Source: Thermoplasmatales archaeon SW_10_69_26
GTDB taxonomy: Archaea > Thermoplasmatota > SW-10-69-26
NCBI GenBank assembly: GCA_003009755.1
Contig: PXUB01000043.1
Coordinates: 1 to 64,000, forward strand
Direction: 5' to 3'
DNA: 64,000 bases
Shown: positions 59,232 through 64,000 of the stretch, piece after piece
Layout of the letters: each line of letters starts with the position of its first letter
Position numbering within the stretch: position 1 is the first letter of the stretch
Made by a program: the position numbers and the translations under genes
The notes under the pieces: model-generated
Told to the model about the DNA's origin: nothing
What the model saw: only the letters and a program-made list of their open reading frames with translations
Databases searched by the model: none

Positions 59232-59503
59232 TGACCACGATCACCCGCGACGACATCCACCTCGTCGTCGCCATCTTCCTCGGTTCGCTGATCGCCGTCC
59301 AAGCCTGGGACGTCAGCGACGTCGAACCGATGCAGCAGGTCTGGGGCGCCGAACCGACCGGGATCGAATCCGTGACCGGCATCGCCGAGAACCTCTACAC
59401 GACGTGGGCGATGCCCTTCGAGGTTCTGAGCGTGCTCCTGCTCGTCGCCCTCGTCGGCGGGCTGGCGCTCGCGCTGCGTGAAGAGGAAGGAGGCATCGTC
59501 TGA
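59231..59503 (+). CDS. nuoJ: NADH-quinone oxidoreductase subunit J, C-terminal part (split NuoJ)
   Basis: PFEVLSVLLLVALVGG. Confidence 0.85.
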   Translation: MTTITRDDIHLVVAIFLGSLIAVQAWDVSDVEPMQQVWGAEPTGIESVTGIAENLYTTWAMPFEVLSVLLLVALVGGLALALREEEGGIV

Positions 59504-59814
59504 TGGCCGTCGAGCTCGCCACCTGGTGGTACGTGGCCCTGTCCGGTACCCTGTTCGCCATCGGTACCTGGGGCCTGATGAACCGGGACAACGCGATCAT
59601 GATCCTGATGAGCATCGAGCTGTTGCTCAACGCAGCCAACATCAACTTCGCCGCCTTCTCGGCGGCCCACGGCGCCCAAGACGGGTTCACCTTCGCGCTG
59701 TTCAGCATCGCGATCGCCGCCGGCGAAGCCGCCGTCGGGCTCGCGATCTTCGTCAACCTGTTCCGGCTGCAGGACTCCGTGGACGTCTCGAAGGCCACGC
59801 TGTTGAGGGGGTGA
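59503..59814 (+). CDS. nuoK: NADH-quinone oxidoreductase subunit K
   Basis: MSIELLLNAANIN, AAGEAAVGLAI. Confidence 0.95.
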   Translation: MAVELATWWYVALSGTLFAIGTWGLMNRDNAIMILMSIELLLNAANINFAAFSAAHGAQDGFTFALFSIAIAAGEAAVGLAIFVNLFRLQDSVDVSKATLLRG

Positions 59815-59820
59815 GAAGAC

Positions 59821-61854
59821 ATGGTGATGGAGTACGCTTGGCTGATCCCTGCGCTACCGCTGGCCGCTTTCGTCCTCGTCACCCTGTTCGGATCGCGGCT
59901 GCCCGAACGCGGCGGCTACATCTCCGCGGGCGCCATCGTCGCGAGCGGCGCCCTGGCCGTCTACACCGCCTGGGAAAGCTGGGGCCGGCTCACCGAGAGC
60001 TTCCGAGGCGAGCACGGTCACTGGGGGGAGGCCTTCACGTGGACCTTCCAGGACGCGCTCGGCACCGCCTGGCTCGAGGCGGGCAACTTCGTCTTCGATC
60101 TGGGCGTCTACCTCGACAGCATCACCGCTTGGCTGCTCGGCGCCGTCGGCATCCTGACCGCCGGCATCGCCCTCTACTCGATCGGGTACATCCGCCCCGA
60201 GAAGGAGGGTTACCACCTCGACGACGGCAGCCCCATCCACGTCGACGGCCGCCAGCGCTACTACGCCGCGCTCGCGCTGTTCGTCGGCTCGATGCTGGGC
60301 TTCGTGCTCGGCTCGAACCTGCTCGAGATGTTCGTCTTCTGGGAGCTGATGGGCCTTTGCTCGTACCTGCTCATCGGCTTCTGGTACGCCAAGCCCTCCG
60401 CGGCTGCGGCGGCCAAGAAGGCCTTCCTCGTCACGCGCGTCGGGGACGTGTTCTTCCTCGGCGGGCTCGTCACCCTCGCCGTCATCTTCGGCGACGCCGT
60501 CGGGAGCGCCGTCGCTTTGGACCTGTCGACCCTGCTCGACACCGCGACGATCGAAGCCGTCGCCGCCGCCCACCCGACCGCGCTGGGCCTGTCGGTGCTC
60601 GGCCTGTTCCTCGGCGCCGTCGGCAAGTCCGCCCAGCTGCCTCTCCACGTCTGGCTGCCTGACGCGATGGAGGGTCCGACGACCGTCTCCGCGCTCATCC
60701 ACGCTGCCACGATGGTCAAGGCCGGCGTCTTCCTCGTCGCCCGGTTCTTCCCGCTGTTCGACGCCGTCCCCTGGGTGCTCTACACCGTCGCCGTCGTCGG
60801 CGCCGTGACCGCGTTCGTCGCCGCCACGATGGCCGTCGTGAACTACGACATCAAGCGCGTGCTGGCGTTCTCGACGATCAGCCAGCTCGGCTACATGTTC
60901 ATGGGCCTGGGCGTCGGCGCCGCCGTCGCCGGCGGGTTCGCCGCCGGCCTGTTCCACCTGCTCAACCACGCCTTCTTCAAGGCGCTGTTGTTCCTGTGCG
61001 CCGGCGCCGTCGGGTTCGCGCTCCACAACTACGACATGCGCGACTTCGGCGGCCTCAAGGAGTACATGCCGATCACGGCGTGGACGATGCTGGCGGCCAC
61101 CTTGGCCATCAGCGGCATCCCGCCGTTCAGCGGCTTCTTCAGCAAGGACGAGCTGCTGGCCGAGGCCTTCCTCGCCGGCAAAGAGCACGCCCTGTTCTAC
61201 GGCGTCTGGGCGCTGGCCCTCGTCACCGCCGGCCTGACGGCCTACTACATGTTCCGCCTGTGGTTCATGACGTTCCTCGGCGACTACCGAGGCGACCACG
61301 AGGAGGAGCTGGCCGACGGGACGTGGCACATGAACCTCGTGCTCGGCGTGTTCGCCGTCTTCACGCTCGTCACCGGCTTCGCCGTGTTCTTCGCCTCCGA
61401 CAACCTGCTGTTCCACCACGCCCTCGAGGTGACGCCTGCCAAGCTGGTCACCAGCTGGAAGACCTACCTCAGCCTGGGCGTGGCAGGCGCCGGCATCGCG
61501 TTGGCCTGGACCCGCTATGGACCGGACAACGTCGAGGATCACCTCACACCGGTCGGCGAAGAGACCGGCGCCGAGGGCGTCATGATCGACCGCTACTACG
61601 TGACCGAGGCCTACTACAAGGCCACCGACGCCATCGTGCTCGGCCTCGCCCGCCTGTTCGACGCCTTCGACACCCACGTCGTCGACTGGTCCGTGGACGC
61701 CATCGGCCGCTTCAACGACTGGATGGGTCGCGTCGGCAGCCGCTGGCAGACCGGCCGCGTCAGCGACTACGCCACCTGGATCCTCTCCGGGCTGCTGGCG
61801 TTCGTCGTGATCGTCGTCTACATCCTCCGCTACACCATCGGGAGGGGTATCTGA
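59821..61854 (+). CDS. nuoL: NADH-quinone oxidoreductase subunit L
   Basis: WELMGLCSYLLIGFW, GKSAQLPLHVWLPDAMEGPT, HAFFKALLF. Confidence 0.96.
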   Translation: MVMEYAWLIPALPLAAFVLVTLFGSRLPERGGYISAGAIVASGALAVYTAWESWGRLTESFRGEHGHWGEAFTWTFQDALGTAWLEAGNFVFDLGVYLDSITAWLLGAVGILTAGIALYSIGYIRPEKEGYHLDDGSPIHVDGRQRYYAALALFVGSMLGFVLGSNLLEMFVFWELMGLCSYLLIGFWYAKPSAAAAAKKAFLVTRVGDVFFLGGLVTLAVIFGDAVGSAVALDLSTLLDTATIEAVAAAHPTALGLSVLGLFLGAVGKSAQLPLHVWLPDAMEGPTTVSALIHAATMVKAGVFLVARFFPLFDAVPWVLYTVAVVGAVTAFVAATMAVVNYDIKRVLAFSTISQLGYMFMGLGVGAAVAGGFAAGLFHLLNHAFFKALLFLCAGAVGFALHNYDMRDFGGLKEYMPITAWTMLAATLAISGIPPFSGFFSKDELLAEAFLAGKEHALFYGVWALALVTAGLTAYYMFRLWFMTFLGDYRGDHEEELADGTWHMNLVLGVFAVFTLVTGFAVFFASDNLLFHHALEVTPAKLVTSWKTYLSLGVAGAGIALAWTRYGPDNVEDHLTPVGEETGAEGVMIDRYYVTEAYYKATDAIVLGLARLFDAFDTHVVDWSVDAIGRFNDWMGRVGSRWQTGRVSDYATWILSGLLAFVVIVVYILRYTIGRGI

Positions 61855-61855
61855 C

Positions 61856-63337
61856 ATGACCGTCCCCTGGCTCTCCATCGCGATCTTCACGCCCCTGGTC
61901 GGCGCCGTGCTCACGATGCTCGCCGGCCGCCGCCAGATCGGCCGTGTCGTCTCGCTGATCGCCAGCGTCGTCCCGCTCGGCATCGGCGCCGGCGTGCTCG
62001 CCCGCACGCCCGGCATCGACGACTTCGTGCTGAAGGAATCGATCGCCTGGGTCAGCACCGACAGCCTCACGATCACGTACACGATGGCGCTGGACGGCCT
62101 CTCGGCGCCGTTGTTCGCGCTGACGGCGCTCCTCGTCGCAGCCGCGATCCTGTTCAGCTGGGAGGAGACCAAGCGTCCGCTCAGCTTCTTCGCGCTGCTG
62201 CTCGTCCTCGAGACGAGCGTGCTGGGCGTGTTCGCCGCGTTGGACCTGTTCGTGTTCTACGTGTTCTGGGAGTTCGTCCTCATCCCGATGTTCTTCCTCA
62301 TCGCGATCTGGGGCGGGGCTCACCGTCGCTACGCAGCGACGAAGTTCTTCGTCTACACGTTCCTCGCCTCGCTCGTGATGCTGCTGGGCTTCATGGGCAT
62401 GTACTTCGGCCTGCCCGATGGGGTCCCGGCGACGTTCAACTTCCTCGAGCTCCAGCAGTACACAGCCGGCTTCAGCGTCGAGCTGCAGATCCTGCTCTTC
62501 GTGGCCCTGCTCGTCGGGTTCGCCGTCAAGATGCCCGTCGTGCCCGTGCACACCTGGCTGCCCTGGGCCCACGTCGAGGCGCCGACCGCCGGCTCGGTCC
62601 TGCTGGCCGGCGTGCTGTTGAAGATGGGCGCCTACGGCCTGATCCGGTTCGCCATCGGCGCCTTCCCGTTCGCTGCCGTCAAGCTCGCGCCGTTGTTGCT
62701 CGTGATCGGCATCGTGTCGATCCTGTACGCGGCGTTGGTCTGCTTGGCGCAGAACGACCTCAAGCGGATGGTCGCCTTCTCCTCGATCTCCCACATGGGC
62801 GTCGCGATGCTGGGCATCGCGACCCTGAACGAGATCGGGTTCATGGGCGCCATCTACATGCTCATCGCGCACGGCCTGCTCAGCCCGCTGGCCTTCATGA
62901 TGTGCGGCTCGATCCAGCACGGCTGGGGCACGCGCGAGATCGACAAGCTCGGCGGCATCATGCAGAAGACGCCCACCATGGGCACCTTCACGATGGCCGC
63001 CTTCATCGGCTCCCTCGGCTTCCCCGGCTTCGCCGGGTTCATCGCCGAGATCGCGGTCCTCGTCGGCACCTACCAGGCGTTCGGCTGGATCGTGATCTTC
63101 CCCCTGCTCGGCGTCGTGTTGACCGCCGGCTACTACATCTGGGCCATCCAGCGCGCCCTCCACGGCGAGCTGACCGCCGAGCACGCCGACAGCGCGCACG
63201 AGATGCCGTTCTACGAGACGGCGGCCGTCGGCGTGCTCACGTTCTTCGCCATCGTCTATGGCGTCTGGCCCGCGCTGCTCACCGAGCACATCAACCCGTT
63301 CGTCGAAGGCCTGCTCTCCACCGTGGGGGTGATCTGA
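61856..63337 (+). CDS. nuoM: NADH-quinone oxidoreductase subunit M
   Basis: FYVFWE..LIPM, HTWLP.AHVEAPT.GS..LAG.LLKMG. Confidence 0.96.
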   Translation: MTVPWLSIAIFTPLVGAVLTMLAGRRQIGRVVSLIASVVPLGIGAGVLARTPGIDDFVLKESIAWVSTDSLTITYTMALDGLSAPLFALTALLVAAAILFSWEETKRPLSFFALLLVLETSVLGVFAALDLFVFYVFWEFVLIPMFFLIAIWGGAHRRYAATKFFVYTFLASLVMLLGFMGMYFGLPDGVPATFNFLELQQYTAGFSVELQILLFVALLVGFAVKMPVVPVHTWLPWAHVEAPTAGSVLLAGVLLKMGAYGLIRFAIGAFPFAAVKLAPLLLVIGIVSILYAALVCLAQNDLKRMVAFSSISHMGVAMLGIATLNEIGFMGAIYMLIAHGLLSPLAFMMCGSIQHGWGTREIDKLGGIMQKTPTMGTFTMAAFIGSLGFPGFAGFIAEIAVLVGTYQAFGWIVIFPLLGVVLTAGYYIWAIQRALHGELTAEHADSAHEMPFYETAAVGVLTFFAIVYGVWPALLTEHINPFVEGLLSTVGVI

Positions 63338-63344
63338 CGTGGTG

Positions 63345-64000
63345 ATGGAGATGATCGGCGGACTGCTGCCGGAGCTCAGCCTCATCGCCGGCTCGTTCGT
63401 CATCCTGTTGGCGATGGCGCGCATCGACGAGGGCCGCTGGCCGGCCACCGTGGCCTTCGTCTCCCTGGCCTTCGCTTCCCTGTTCACGCTCGCGCAGCTC
63501 ACCGAGCTGCCCGGCCTGGGGTTCGTGCCGCAATCCGGCACCGTGCTGGACGTGTACGAGATCTCGGTGTTCGCCGCCCTGCTGAAGCTTTTGTTCCTCG
63601 TCGGGACGGCGATCGTCGTCCTCGCCTCACCGGGCTACATGGACCGCGCCTCGATGCAGGCCGAGTACTACTCCATGCTGCTCCTGGCGACGATCGGCAT
63701 GATGATCGTCGCCTCCAGCCAGGACATGCTGACCCTGTTCCTGGGCGTCGAGGTGACGAGCTTCGCCAGCTACATCCTCGCCGGCTCGTTCAAGTCCGAA
63801 CCGACGAGCGGCGAAGCTGCGACGAAGTACTTCATCACGGGCGCGTTGAGCTCCTCGCTCGTCATCTTCGGCATGTCGCTGTTGTACGGCAGCGCTGGCA
63901 CGCTGACCTTCGCCGGCCTCGCCGAGTTCTGGGCCGGCCAGGTGGAACGCTACGCCAGCCTGGGCCAGCCGGCGCTGTACCTGTTCATGTATGAGCCGAT
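63345..64000 (+). CDS. nuoN: NADH-quinone oxidoreductase subunit N (partial, runs off the window)
   Basis: LLPELSL, EYYSMLL, LFLGVE...SYIL, EAATKYFITGA.SS. Confidence 0.9.
   Translation, partial: MEMIGGLLPELSLIAGSFVILLAMARIDEGRWPATVAFVSLAFASLFTLAQLTELPGLGFVPQSGTVLDVYEISVFAALLKLLFLVGTAIVVLASPGYMDRASMQAEYYSMLLLATIGMMIVASSQDMLTLFLGVEVTSFASYILAGSFKSEPTSGEAATKYFITGALSSSLVIFGMSLLYGSAGTLTFAGLAEFWAGQVERYASLGQPALYLFMYEP

Overview
This is a high-GC archaeal chromosome segment with strongly acidic proteins, so the host is probably a halophile. A Thermoplasmatota-like lineage is my inference from gene content and is not verified. The core block is hflX / ORB-containing intergenic region / cdc6 / two S26 signal peptidases / PolD DP1 / PolD DP2 with a LAGLIDADG intein / rtcB. 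The window also holds thrS, ilvE, an MtaB-like methylthiotransferase, archease, aIF1/SUI1, a SerA-like dehydrogenase and an 11-subunit complex I-like operon (nuoABCDHIJJKLMN, cut at the window end). The most notable items are: (1) a three-gene operon of HTH regulator + PafA-type Pup ligase + a 59-aa acidic Pup-like peptide ending FQGKKGQ plus a 9-residue tail; (2) a ~730-nt, densely structured intergenic RNA candidate whose ends pair in a long stem, with a smaller structured RNA candidate nearby; (3) a DP2 intein ending in Arg rather than Asn/Gln; (4) a membrane Ser/Thr kinase convergent with an HTH-FHA regulator; (5) a low-GC two-gene nuclease cassette; and (6) several dispersed and tandem non-coding repeat families, one of which sits directly after both rtcB and archease. 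All family calls come from motif recognition by eye; no database searches were run.
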